IMG/VR virus record: IMGVR_UViG_3300049432_000050
Coordinates: 1-63,668 of that record
Strand: one strand, 5' to 3'
Length of the DNA: 63,668 nt
Source of the DNA: a virus
Lineage: Duplodnaviria > Caudoviricetes
Each line of letters begins with the position of its first letter. The first letter of the stretch is position 1. This document shows positions 54,840-62,666 of this stretch, piece by piece. A model generated the notes under the pieces. It worked only from the letters and a program-made list of their open reading frames with translations. It had not been told where the DNA came from and made no database searches. Made by a program: the position numbers and the translations under genes.

Positions 54840-56191
54840 CAGGCACCCACGTCGAAGAGGGAGCCCTGACCTGTCGCGGCGACCGCGGCGCGTGCCTGCT
54901 CGGCCTCCAGGCGCTTGACGAGCGTCATGCCGTCCGGGTGCTCAGACCACCACGCAATACGAGCCTCAGCGATCGCGACGTACTCCGGCTCGCGTTCGAT
55001 GCCGACGAAGTCAAAGCCCTCCAGCTCCGTCGCGCAGCCCGTTGTGCCGCTGCCGGCGAACGGGTCGAGCACCGTCCCGCTGGGCGGGGTGACGAGCCGC
55101 ACGAGCCAGCGCATCAGGCTCAAACTCTTAACAGTCGGATGGGTATTGCGCCGTGGCCGTGGGACGTTGGAACGGCCGGGCCGCGGCATCCTTTCGTGCA
55201 ATGTTCCGCTGGGGCGATGGTCGAATGGGTCGCTCTCGCGCTCCTCGAACCCCTCGAGTCCCGCGTTGCGCTCGGCGCTGGAACTCTTCGCGCAGTAGAA
55301 CGCGCGTCGTTCCGTGTCCTCATGCCGGTGGTCGAAGGTGGGGAAGAACCGCGACGCGCCACCCGAATCGCCCGTGCTGATGACCTTACCTATGGGTGGC
55401 GCAGGGATACCGTTGTAGCCCCCTAGACCGTAATCGCGTCGGGCGGTACCGGGATGAGTCGTCAGCGTTCCCGTCTGCTCATCCAATAAACGGACCGGGC
55501 AGTCCTCGACGCACCTGTACGCGGCGACCTCTTCGGTACCGTCAGCATCCGCGTAGCCCGCGCTCATATCGCCGTTGCGCCCAACCCCGGCCTTGAAGTC
55601 CAGCGATACGCCGGGGCTCTCGCTGCCGAACTGCGGGTTAGGCACAGCGGGGCTCGCGGACTTCACGCGTCGTGTCCCTACCGGCTCGCAACGGGGCGAG
55701 TGACTGAGGATCGTGTTCGCGGGCCAACGACCCAGGTTGGCGTTGTGGCCACCCTCGTCTCCGGCCTCACCGGCGTTCCATCCCCATCCATCAGCACGTC
55801 GTCCGCCGCTCACTGACGCCGGCACATCCTTTGACGAGCCCACCCGGCACCCGTCCACGTTCAGTGCCCCGGTCCCGCGCGCGAGGACGTTCGCGCTCAC
55901 GGTCCCGCTCAAGGGTTTGCGGGCGACGACGATCGGCTCATGCGCGGGCTTGAGAGCGGTCCCCCACCCGGCCCAGCGCTCAGCGTCGGGGGTGGCGGGC
56001 GCGGTGACGGGAACCATGCCATTTATGGTTTCCGACCGCGACGTAAAGCCATCCGTGGCACCCGTCGTTCCCTGCCCCGCGTAGGTTGCGCCGCGCGTGC
56101 CATCCGGGAACTGGGGTCGCATTCCGACGACCTCCCGCTCCACTCCCGCCGCCTTGTCGATCGCCTTGCTCACGTCCAGCGACTTAGGCGC
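54839..56191 (-). CDS. Amino-DNA methyltransferase (N6A/N4C, beta class), C-terminal part
   Basis: KSLDVSKAIDK, GWGTALKPAHEPI, GRWPAN, HPTVK, VLDPFAGSGTTG; same frame as 56192-56620. Confidence 0.88.
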   Translation of the reverse strand, partial: APKSLDVSKAIDKAAGVEREVVGMRPQFPDGTRGATYAGQGTTGATDGFTSRSETINGMVPVTAPATPDAERWAGWGTALKPAHEPIVVARKPLSGTVSANVLARGTGALNVDGCRVGSSKDVPASVSGGRRADGWGWNAGEAGDEGGHNANLGRWPANTILSHSPRCEPVGTRRVKSASPAVPNPQFGSESPGVSLDFKAGVGRNGDMSAGYADADGTEEVAAYRCVEDCPVRLLDEQTGTLTTHPGTARRDYGLGGYNGIPAPPIGKVISTGDSGGASRFFPTFDHRHEDTERRAFYCAKSSSAERNAGLEGFEERESDPFDHRPSGTLHERMPRPGRSNVPRPRRNTHPTVKSLSLMRWLVRLVTPPSGTVLDPFAGSGTTGCATELEGFDFVGIEREPEYVAIAEARIAWWSEHPDGMTLVKRLEAEQARAAVAATGQGSLFDVGA

Positions 56192-56620
56192 TCAGGGGAA
56201 GCCGCTCCCGTACAACCAGTCCAGTTCTGGTCCGAGCGACTCCCCATTGGCATCACCTCCCCCGTTCAGGTGGAGGATGCGGTCACGGATCTCGAAACCG
56301 GCGAGGCGGATCGCGATGCACAGCAGGTCATACGTCCTAGTGCCCCCGAAGGCAACGAGGTGCGCCCCGGGTTTCAGGACGCGGTAGACCTCTCGCCAGT
56401 ACGCGGGTCCGGGCACAAAGCTATCCCAGGAACTCCCCATGAATCCATTGCCGCGATGGACGTAGTCGTCTCCGGCGAGCCAGTGCGTCAAGACCTCCGC
56501 GATGTCCGGCTCACGGCTCAGGCCGTAGGGCGGATCAGTCACGCACGCGTCAACACTCGCTTCGGGCATCGCGGCCATCGCCTCGACGCAGTTGCCGTGG
56601 ATGATGCGCGAGCCCATCAC
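56192..56620 (-). CDS. Amino-DNA methyltransferase, N-terminal part ending at an in-frame TGA
   Basis: VTDPPYG, RVLKPG, GFEIRD, WLYGSGFP*. Confidence 0.88.
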   Translation of the reverse strand: MMGSRIIHGNCVEAMAAMPEASVDACVTDPPYGLSREPDIAEVLTHWLAGDDYVHRGNGFMGSSWDSFVPGPAYWREVYRVLKPGAHLVAFGGTRTYDLLCIAIRLAGFEIRDRILHLNGGGDANGESLGPELDWLYGSGFP

Positions 56621-57021
56621 TCGGCCTCCCTCGCGAGCCGGCGAAGCTCCTTCTCGGCGCGGTCCGCCTTGCGTGCCTGCTCATCGCACTCCCCGGCAAA
56701 CCTGTCCGCCTCCTTCGCGGCGAACCGGGCAGCCGACGCCACGCACCGCCGCAACGCCTGCGCGCACCGGCCGTGCGCCGCGACAACCAACGCGAGCGCG
56801 TGATCCGCGTCCAACACCAGATCAGCGTCCGCGGCATCATCGTCGAACTCGCGCACAGCCAGGTACGCCCTGTCCATGCTCGTCCGGGCACGCTTCAGCG
56901 CCGCGTGCGCCCGCTGCCGAGCCCCAGCGCACCGTCGCTTCAGCGCTACCGCCTGAGCCTGCGCACGCCCCTCGTCACGCTGCAGGAACGCGGCCTGCGC
57001 CTGCTGGCGCGCGTCAGGCAT
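56617..57021 (-). CDS. Hypothetical Ala-rich helical protein
   Basis: GGGGAG RBS; TGATG and GTGA coupling. Confidence 0.65.
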   Translation of the reverse strand: MPDARQQAQAAFLQRDEGRAQAQAVALKRRCAGARQRAHAALKRARTSMDRAYLAVREFDDDAADADLVLDADHALALVVAAHGRCAQALRRCVASAARFAAKEADRFAGECDEQARKADRAEKELRRLAREAE

Positions 57022-57137
57022 CAGGACCACTCCCCGGACCGCATGAGCTCCCGGACGGCTCGCCCGACGAGCCAAGCAGCGTAGACGTGAACGCCGTCGC
57101 CGAGTGCGGACAGCCGGGATCGGTCCACCCGCGCCCG
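57021..57137 (-). pseudogene. Orphaned duplicate 3' end of the C5 methyltransferase gene
   Basis: Encodes RARVDRSRLSALGDGVHVYAAWLVGRAVRELMRSGEWS*, homologous to the C-terminus of 57688-58866. Confidence 0.85.
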
Positions 57138-57159
57138 CACTCGCCGCACACGGGCGGGG

Positions 57160-57654
57160 CTACTCGTCGCGGACGATCACGAACTCTGCGCCGATCTTGC
57201 GCTTCGTCAGGAGAGGGTCGCCGTACTTCTTGAAGCGCTGGTGATGCTTCCCACAGAGGGCGAGCCTGCGTGCCGGCTTCCCGCAAACTGAGCACATGGT
57301 GCGCGGCCGCGCTTTCTTGCCGTGGCGCCAGTGCCAGCGCAGATGGCAGGAGCCGCAGAGGGTTGCGATGTTCTCCTCGACGTTGTTCGACGGGTCCTCG
57401 TCGCGGTGATGCGTGTGCAGGCCCTCGATCGCGCCGCACTCCTCGCAAGCTCGTCCGCGTAGCTTCTTCGCTCGGGCGCGGTTCCCAGCGAGACTGACAA
57501 TGTCCTGTCGCATGCCGTCGGCCATGCACCGCTCGTCGCAGTAGATGCGTGCCAGAAAGCGGGTGCGGTCCTCCAGCCGACCGTTGAAGCGCTTGCGGAT
57601 AAGCTGCTCCCCGCATGCGGCGCAGTGCTTGACCGGATCGGGCTTCGCCTTCAT
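57160..57654 (-). CDS. HNH homing endonuclease
   Basis: CAACG, CEECG, HTHHRDEDPSNN..ENIATLCGSCH, LCGKHHQR..KYGDP; TATGAT 8 nt upstream of ATG. Confidence 0.9.
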   Translation of the reverse strand: MKAKPDPVKHCAACGEQLIRKRFNGRLEDRTRFLARIYCDERCMADGMRQDIVSLAGNRARAKKLRGRACEECGAIEGLHTHHRDEDPSNNVEENIATLCGSCHLRWHWRHGKKARPRTMCSVCGKPARRLALCGKHHQRFKKYGDPLLTKRKIGAEFVIVRDE

Positions 57655-57677
57655 CGGTTCCCATCATACAACGTGTG

Positions 57678-58862
57678 TTAGTCGGCATCATTCCCACCGT
57701 CCTGCCTGCATGTGCTCTCGGATGGCAAGCCCAACTGTGTACGCCACATGGACGCAAACTCCGTCACCGAGAGCGCTGAGTCTGGATCGGTCCACCCGGG
57801 CGGCACTCCGAGCATCCACTCCACGAACTCGGGAGCTAAGCGGAGCCGGGGCGGATCCGTGGACGCGTCCCCATCGGTGGATGGCGGGGGCGTAGGCGCC
57901 CCAGTCGACAGCGACGCCATGGCTCCGCTCAGCTTTAGGTCGCCCTTGCCATATCGCTGCTGATTCTTCTCCCCATCCGACCGACTCGGAGTCGGCAGGA
58001 GGTTGAGCTTCGTCGCGGTGATCTCCAGGGACTTGCGCTCGAACTCGCTCGGTGCTCCCGTGTCCTTCACCATGTGCCGCGTCGGCGTCGGGAGCATCGC
58101 AAGGGACTTCATCAGCGAGGTGCCGGTGCTGTTCTTGCCGGGGATGTTCGGGCTGCCATCCGCCCGCCCGTCGCGTGCCACTGGCGTTGGCAGCAGCGGT
58201 GTCGACCCGGTCACCATGTTGCGTTCCGCTGCCGGCCGATGCTCGTACACCTCTACGAACCCCGACAGCGAACAACCGGTCCCGGAGATGGGGGGCCCCG
58301 ACCGCGGCGGCGGGGACGCATTCCCAGCGGACATCGAACCCGAGCGTGGCCATGTCCCTGAGAACGACTCCCCACAGGGATCCAGCAGGCTCGCCTGGGG
58401 CAGCAGCCATCCCCCTGATGTCGCCGACGTTCTCAATGAGCACGTAGCGAGGTTCAAGCTCGCCAATGAGTCGCTGCATCTCGCCCCACAGAAAGGTTTC
58501 GGCGTGCTCGAACCCGTTGCGCTTCCCGGCGCTGGAGATGCCACGGCAGGGGAACCCGCCGGCGACGAGGTCGACCGGTGTAGCGATGTCAGCGCGAACT
58601 CCAACTCGTTCCCCGTCGGCCCCGGCTTGCGGGCTTGGCCCTCCTTCGCGAAGCCGTGTGGCGTGGGCAGCAGCTTGACCTCGCAGGGTGCGGATGTCAT
58701 CGAACACCGGCACCCCGGGGAACCTGGTCCCGAGTAGCTCGCGTCGCCATGGGTCGGATTCGCACATCCAAGCGTGCCGGAAGCCGGCGAGGTGCAGCCC
58801 GAGGTCGAGCAATCCCACGCCAGAAAAGAGGGACCCGACCGTGGGACATCCTTCCGGCCCAT
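57678..58862 (-). CDS. Alternative-frame polypeptide of the C5 methyltransferase (motif IX and four LPTP repeats; true start may be internal)
   Basis: 394-codon open frame; WPRSG, LPTP x4, LAPEFVEWMLGVPPGWTD. Confidence 0.7.
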   Translation of the reverse strand: MGRKDVPRSGPSFLAWDCSTSGCTSPASGTLGCANPTHGDASYSGPGSPGCRCSMTSAPCEVKLLPTPHGFAKEGQARKPGPTGNELEFALTSLHRSTSSPAGSPAVASPAPGSATGSSTPKPFCGARCSDSLASLNLATCSLRTSATSGGWLLPQASLLDPCGESFSGTWPRSGSMSAGNASPPPRSGPPISGTGCSLSGFVEVYEHRPAAERNMVTGSTPLLPTPVARDGRADGSPNIPGKNSTGTSLMKSLAMLPTPTRHMVKDTGAPSEFERKSLEITATKLNLLPTPSRSDGEKNQQRYGKGDLKLSGAMASLSTGAPTPPPSTDGDASTDPPRLRLAPEFVEWMLGVPPGWTDPDSALSVTEFASMWRTQLGLPSESTCRQDGGNDAD

Positions 58863-58866
58863 TCAC
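57688..58866 (-). CDS. DNA (cytosine-5) methyltransferase, catalytic polypeptide lacking motif IX
   Basis: SLFSGVG, GGFPC, IENV, GAPHLRDRLF, RLSALGDGV; GGAGG RBS + GTG. Confidence 0.9.
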   Translation of the reverse strand: MNGPEGCPTVGSLFSGVGLLDLGLHLAGFRHAWMCESDPWRRELLGTRFPGVPVFDDIRTLRGQAAAHATRLREGGPSPQAGADGERVGVRADIATPVDLVAGGFPCRGISSAGKRNGFEHAETFLWGEMQRLIGELEPRYVLIENVGDIRGMAAAPGEPAGSLWGVVLRDMATLGFDVRWECVPAAAVGAPHLRDRLFAVGVRRGVRASAGSGTQHGDRVDTAAANASGTRRAGGWQPEHPRQEQHRHLADEVPCDAPDADAAHGEGHGSTERVRAQVPGDHRDEAQPPADSESVGWGEESAAIWQGRPKAERSHGVAVDWGAYAPAIHRWGRVHGSAPAPLSSRVRGVDARSAARVDRSRLSALGDGVCVHVAYTVGLAIREHMQAGRWE

Positions 58867-59210
58867 GACCCCTCCCGTTGCGCAACCAGCCGGAACCGCT
58901 GCCACGAACACCAACGATGCGCAAGGCGCGTCACCCGGTCCCCCGCCGACGAATGATCGTAAGCCGGGACGAACCCAACAGCGTCATCACGCTCGAGCAC
59001 CCGCGGCCACCCATTCGCCCGCGCATACGCCACGTCCGCCGCGGGCACCCGGACCGCGATAACGCCCTTCGATGCGTGGCAGTGGCGGTCCTCGTTCGTG
59101 CGGTCATTCGCCGCGCCGACCACCCACGCCCACACACACACCGCGGCCACAACCGCACCGAGGAACGCGACACGGATAGCCAACGCACCGAACAACGAAC
59201 GCGGCTGCAT
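58863..59210 (-). CDS. Membrane-anchored hypothetical protein
   Basis: N-terminal TM helix; coupled. Confidence 0.6.
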   Translation of the reverse strand: MQPRSLFGALAIRVAFLGAVVAAVCVWAWVVGAANDRTNEDRHCHASKGVIAVRVPAADVAYARANGWPRVLERDDAVGFVPAYDHSSAGDRVTRLAHRWCSWQRFRLVAQREGS

Positions 59211-59551
59211 CAGCCACCTACCCGCGCGTTGGCGCGCACACGAAGCGCGATGTCCGCCAGCTCATATGCCAACGGCCAATCGGGGCACGTATCAGCCGCG
59301 ATGCTGCATTGCGTCAACGGCGACTCATGTATCCAGTCACGAAACGCGCTCGCCAACGCATCACGAATCAGCCCCTCCGCTGCGTTCGGATCAACGACCT
59401 CGAACCGCCAGGACAACGGTGCCGTGGTGTCTACGACAAAGTCCGTGCTCTCGCCGCTGCCGGTCCACACCCCGCCGTGCTCGGCGGTCGGGTCCAGGCG
59501 ATCCGCAAGTGCCCTGAGGGCACGCGCGATGATCTGCGCCACGACCCTCAT
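59210..59551 (-). CDS. Hypothetical protein
   Basis: ATGA/TGATG coupling. Confidence 0.6.
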   Translation of the reverse strand: MRVVAQIIARALRALADRLDPTAEHGGVWTGSGESTDFVVDTTAPLSWRFEVVDPNAAEGLIRDALASAFRDWIHESPLTQCSIAADTCPDWPLAYELADIALRVRANARVGG

Positions 59552-59919
59552 CGGCTCGGGTGCACGAGATCCGGGGGCGGACGATGCGACTGCGTGATAT
59601 CCGGCGACAACGCACTCAGATCCAGCACGCCGCCCGCGACCAGGATGCCGAGCACCACGAGCAGCATCACGATCCCGAACGCGTACGCCGCAAGACGATC
59701 CCACCGCAACCCCCGCTCCGGCGGCGGCTCAGACTCCACAAGACGATCCGGAGCCAACACGATGATCTCCGGACGATCACCCCGCCGCTCCAAACGCTGC
59801 AGACCATCCGGGCCGTACACGTAGTGCTCAGCGGGAACCGGGCGAGCCTCAGGCACCGGACGCTCAACCACCTCACCGTGCAGCCGCTCGACCTCACGGG
59901 AACGACGACGCGCGGTCAT
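59548..59919 (-). CDS. Membrane protein
   Basis: TM helix LAAYAFGIVMLLVVLGILVAGG. Confidence 0.6.
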   Translation of the reverse strand: MTARRRSREVERLHGEVVERPVPEARPVPAEHYVYGPDGLQRLERRGDRPEIIVLAPDRLVESEPPPERGLRWDRLAAYAFGIVMLLVVLGILVAGGVLDLSALSPDITQSHRPPPDLVHPSR

Positions 59920-60264
59920 CGCGGACACCACTCGTGACGAGCCCCGACGACTTCCTTCTTCGGGCTCTGCAACGCGACGAGCAGCACGAAGCCAGGAGCC
60001 CTGCCCACGTTCGTGATCTGCCGGACCGACGCAGCGCCGCTCATCGCAGATCCCCCGCTCCAGAGAGCCCGAACACACGACGAACAAGGGCCCGGGGTCC
60101 GCGGTCGCCCCGCGAGCTAGCCGGGCGAAGCGGAAAGGCTAGCGATGCGGGGCGTGCCGCGCGACCGACCGTTGTTTTGGTGGGTGCGGGGGCCGTTGCG
60201 CTTTCGTTTCGTAGGCGGCGTGGTTTGTGGTCTGGTGCGAGGTCGGGGTGTTCGCCTTCGGTGG

Positions 60265-60504
60265 TCATGGTGTCGCTCCGTTGTGTCGCTGTGCGCGAGC
60301 GAGGTCATCGAGCAGTGTGGCGCCCGCGGTCGTCGCGAGGATCTGGAGGGACGATCCGTCGGTGAAGGTGATGACGATGCTGTGGCGGCCTTGTGTGACA
60401 GCCGCGCGGCGGATGGTCTTCCCGGCGATGTCGCTCGCGATGGTTGGGTGCGGTTCGCCGTGGGAGATGAGGAGCACGATGGGGGTTTCGTTGGGGTTGG
60501 TCAT
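60265..60504 (-). CDS. Hypothetical protein
   Basis: GAGGAG RBS; IAGKTI...ITFTDGS. Confidence 0.65.
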   Translation of the reverse strand: MTNPNETPIVLLISHGEPHPTIASDIAGKTIRRAAVTQGRHSIVITFTDGSSLQILATTAGATLLDDLARAQRHNGATP

Positions 60505-60680
60505 GCGGCGGCTCCTCGTCGGGTTGCGTCGCGTAGGGCGTTGAGGTCGCGGACGATGCGTTCGCGGCGTGCGCGCTGGTCGGCGCTCATCGGCATCTTC
60601 GTCGCGACGTGGTAGTGGCCGTGGTGGTAGGTGAGCCAGGGGTAGCGGGCTTGGAGCTCGGCGGGGGTGCGGAGGGTCAT
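60501..60680 (-). CDS. Hypothetical protein
   Basis: Coupled ORF. Confidence 0.55.
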   Translation of the reverse strand: MTLRTPAELQARYPWLTYHHGHYHVATKMPMSADQRARRERIVRDLNALRDATRRGAAA

Positions 60681-60889
60681 GGCGCGGTCTCTCGTTCGGC
60701 TTGCTTGCGGCAGTGCGCGGCGAGGAACGCGACGCCGTCGGGGTTGTCGACGAGTTCTGTGATCTCGTCGCTGATGAGCGCTTCGCCGATGCCGGTCGCG
60801 AGGATCGCGGCCCGGTCGTATGTCTGGAGCGCTTCGAGGCGGTCGGCGATGTTGGTGAAGACCCGGGCTGCGGTGAGCGGTTCGTTCAT
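60677..60889 (-). CDS. Hypothetical protein
   Basis: GGAG RBS; coupled. Confidence 0.6.
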   Translation of the reverse strand: MNEPLTAARVFTNIADRLEALQTYDRAAILATGIGEALISDEITELVDNPDGVAFLAAHCRKQAERETAP

Positions 60890-61167
60890 GGTGTTCTCCG
60901 TGGCGCGATCTTCGGGAGCGGGGTGCCCTCTTGCATCTCGCGCACCTTCGCGTCGTATGTGGCCCTCTTGACGTCATGCATCACGTCGCCGGCTGGCAGG
61001 GCGCGGCTCGCGCGGTCTGTGCCGCGGGGGTCGGCGTTGGTCGTGAGCGCGTTCTCCAGCGCTCGGCGTACCCAGCGTTCGCGTGGGATGTCTCCGCGCG
61101 CCTGGTCGATGCGTTCCCGCAGCTCGGGCGGGAGTCGCACGGTGGTCGTCTTCGTTTCGCTCAGCAT
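60886..61167 (-). CDS. Ribbon-helix-helix DNA-binding protein (probably leaderless)
   Basis: TTTVRLPPELRERID...WVRRALENAL; TACGAT 6 nt before ATG. Confidence 0.75.
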   Translation of the reverse strand: MLSETKTTTVRLPPELRERIDQARGDIPRERWVRRALENALTTNADPRGTDRASRALPAGDVMHDVKRATYDAKVREMQEGTPLPKIAPRRTP

Positions 61168-61217
61168 GAGTGCATCGTACAGCACGTGCCGACGGATGCA
61201 TGCGATAGAATGCGGGG

Positions 61218-61703
61218 GTGCAAGCAGACCAGTCGAAGACGATCGCTGAGCGCCGCAAGTGGTACGCCGACGTCTACCTCAAGTCGTCGCACTGGCGCCG
61301 GACTCGGCTCGCGGCGATTGAGCGTGCTGGCCGTCGCTGCAAGCGGTGCCGCGACACGCCGCCCGTCCTGCACGTGCATCACCGGTCGTACGCGCGGCTG
61401 TGGTGCGAGCTGCCCGGCGATCTGGAGGTGCTGTGCGAGGACTGCCACCGGCGGGCGCATGGTGTGAGCGCGCAGGGCAAGAGCCCGAAGGCTCGGCGGG
61501 GCGGTGGCGCAAAGCGTCGGGCGGAGCGGTTGCGGCGGGATGGAACGAGCGTCCTGCTCGCCATCGATGAGCGGCCCCGGTCGACGGCGGACGTCGCAAC
61601 GCTCGCGGGGATCACGCCGGAGCGCGCCATCCGTGCCCTGCACGTTCTGCTCGCGCAGGGGAAGGTCCGGCATCTGGAGGCTCGTGGCGTCTGGTGGGAG
61701 TGA
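61218..61703 (+). CDS. HNH endonuclease with C-terminal winged helix (probably leaderless)
   Basis: CKRC, LHVHHRSY, DLEVLCEDCH; STADVATLAGIT; TAGAAT 6 nt before GTG. Confidence 0.8.
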   Translation: MQADQSKTIAERRKWYADVYLKSSHWRRTRLAAIERAGRRCKRCRDTPPVLHVHHRSYARLWCELPGDLEVLCEDCHRRAHGVSAQGKSPKARRGGGAKRRAERLRRDGTSVLLAIDERPRSTADVATLAGITPERAIRALHVLLAQGKVRHLEARGVWWE

Positions 61704-61710
61704 CCCGGCC

Positions 61711-62082
61711 TCATCGGATTTTCTTTCCTTTGGGCATGCCGCCGCGTCCGCTGATGCGTTTGCCGCCGCTGAGTGGTGATCCGCCGCGACCGACGATGCT
61801 GCGGGATGCGGGCTTGCGGCTGCTGCTGGCGCGGCCGAGGATGGGTTGCGAGCTCCGGACCTTGCTCTTGCGCGGCGCGGACGTCGCCGCTGGCCGGCTT
61901 GGCTTCGCGGGTCGTGGCGCCCGGGTCGGCTTCGTGGGCTTGCGGGTCTCGCGCGGCGACGGCCGCGGGCTCGAGGTGAGCGCACGGTGCCCTTCCCTGT
62001 GCCTTGTCCCGCTGCCTGGGTTGCGGACGGGGTCGGGGTCCTGCCCGGGGTCGCGGCCGAGGACGATGCGGCGGAGACTCAT
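61711..62082 (-). CDS. Highly basic low-complexity protein
   Basis: ATGA-coupled; rich in R/K/S/P/G. Confidence 0.45.
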   Translation of the reverse strand: MSLRRIVLGRDPGQDPDPVRNPGSGTRHREGHRALTSSPRPSPRETRKPTKPTRAPRPAKPSRPAATSAPRKSKVRSSQPILGRASSSRKPASRSIVGRGGSPLSGGKRISGRGGMPKGKKIR

Positions 62083-62435
62083 GTGTTCGCCGCGCGGAGC
62101 TGGTCGAGCATGGCGCGCTTCTCATCCTCGATCTTGCGCAGGTCGATCTTGAAGTAGTCGGCGAGGATCTGCGTGATGGGCAGGCCAACCGGCGCGAGCG
62201 ATTCGCCCCACGACTCATAGTCGGGGTTGCGCATGGCCAGCCCATCGATGTAGTCGCTCATGGTCGGAGCTTCTGCTTTGCGCCGCCGGGGGTGCCAGAC
62301 GTAGGGTGGCTGCCCGTTGTCGCCCGCCTCGCGGTACCGAGCGAGGATGTAGCCGCCAGTCTCGATGAACTCGCCAATGAGCTGCGATTCGTCCTGGATG
62401 GCGCTCAGCTTGTCGTGTTCGGGATAGTCGCTCAT
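62079..62435 (-). CDS. Hypothetical phage protein
   Basis: AGGAG RBS; YPEHDKL...SQLIGEF...LADYF.ID..KIE.EKR.ML. Confidence 0.75.
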   Translation of the reverse strand: MSDYPEHDKLSAIQDESQLIGEFIETGGYILARYREAGDNGQPPYVWHPRRRKAEAPTMSDYIDGLAMRNPDYESWGESLAPVGLPITQILADYFKIDLRKIEDEKRAMLDQLRAANT

Positions 62436-62447
62436 GGCGTGGTTCTC

Positions 62448-62666
62448 CTACGGGCTGGTGGGGGTCGTGACGGGCAGGACGTGCGCGGGCTCGGCGCCTC
62501 CCGCGAGTCCTACGGATCGCATGATGCGCTCGGCGAGCCTGACGGCGTCGCTCGAATGGAGAACGACCGCGTATTCGTTGCGTCCGTTCGGGGCTGTGGC
62601 GACCCACACGAACCCGTGCTCCTCCCATGAATTGACGTACCCGCCGCCCATCGCTGGGATGCTCAT
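62448..62666 (-). CDS. Hypothetical protein
   Basis: Coupled ORF. Confidence 0.6.
   Translation of the reverse strand: MSIPAMGGGYVNSWEEHGFVWVATAPNGRNEYAVVLHSSDAVRLAERIMRSVGLAGGAEPAHVLPVTTPTSP

Noticed and set aside
56192-56194. Genome-wide UGA reassignment
   Set aside because: TGA is the normal stop for most genes, with many ATGA overlaps; the interruption is local
60041-60268. 75-aa minus-strand ORF
   Set aside because: It has an RBS and coupled start, but the product is low-complexity and overlaps strong secondary structure; not supported enough to call
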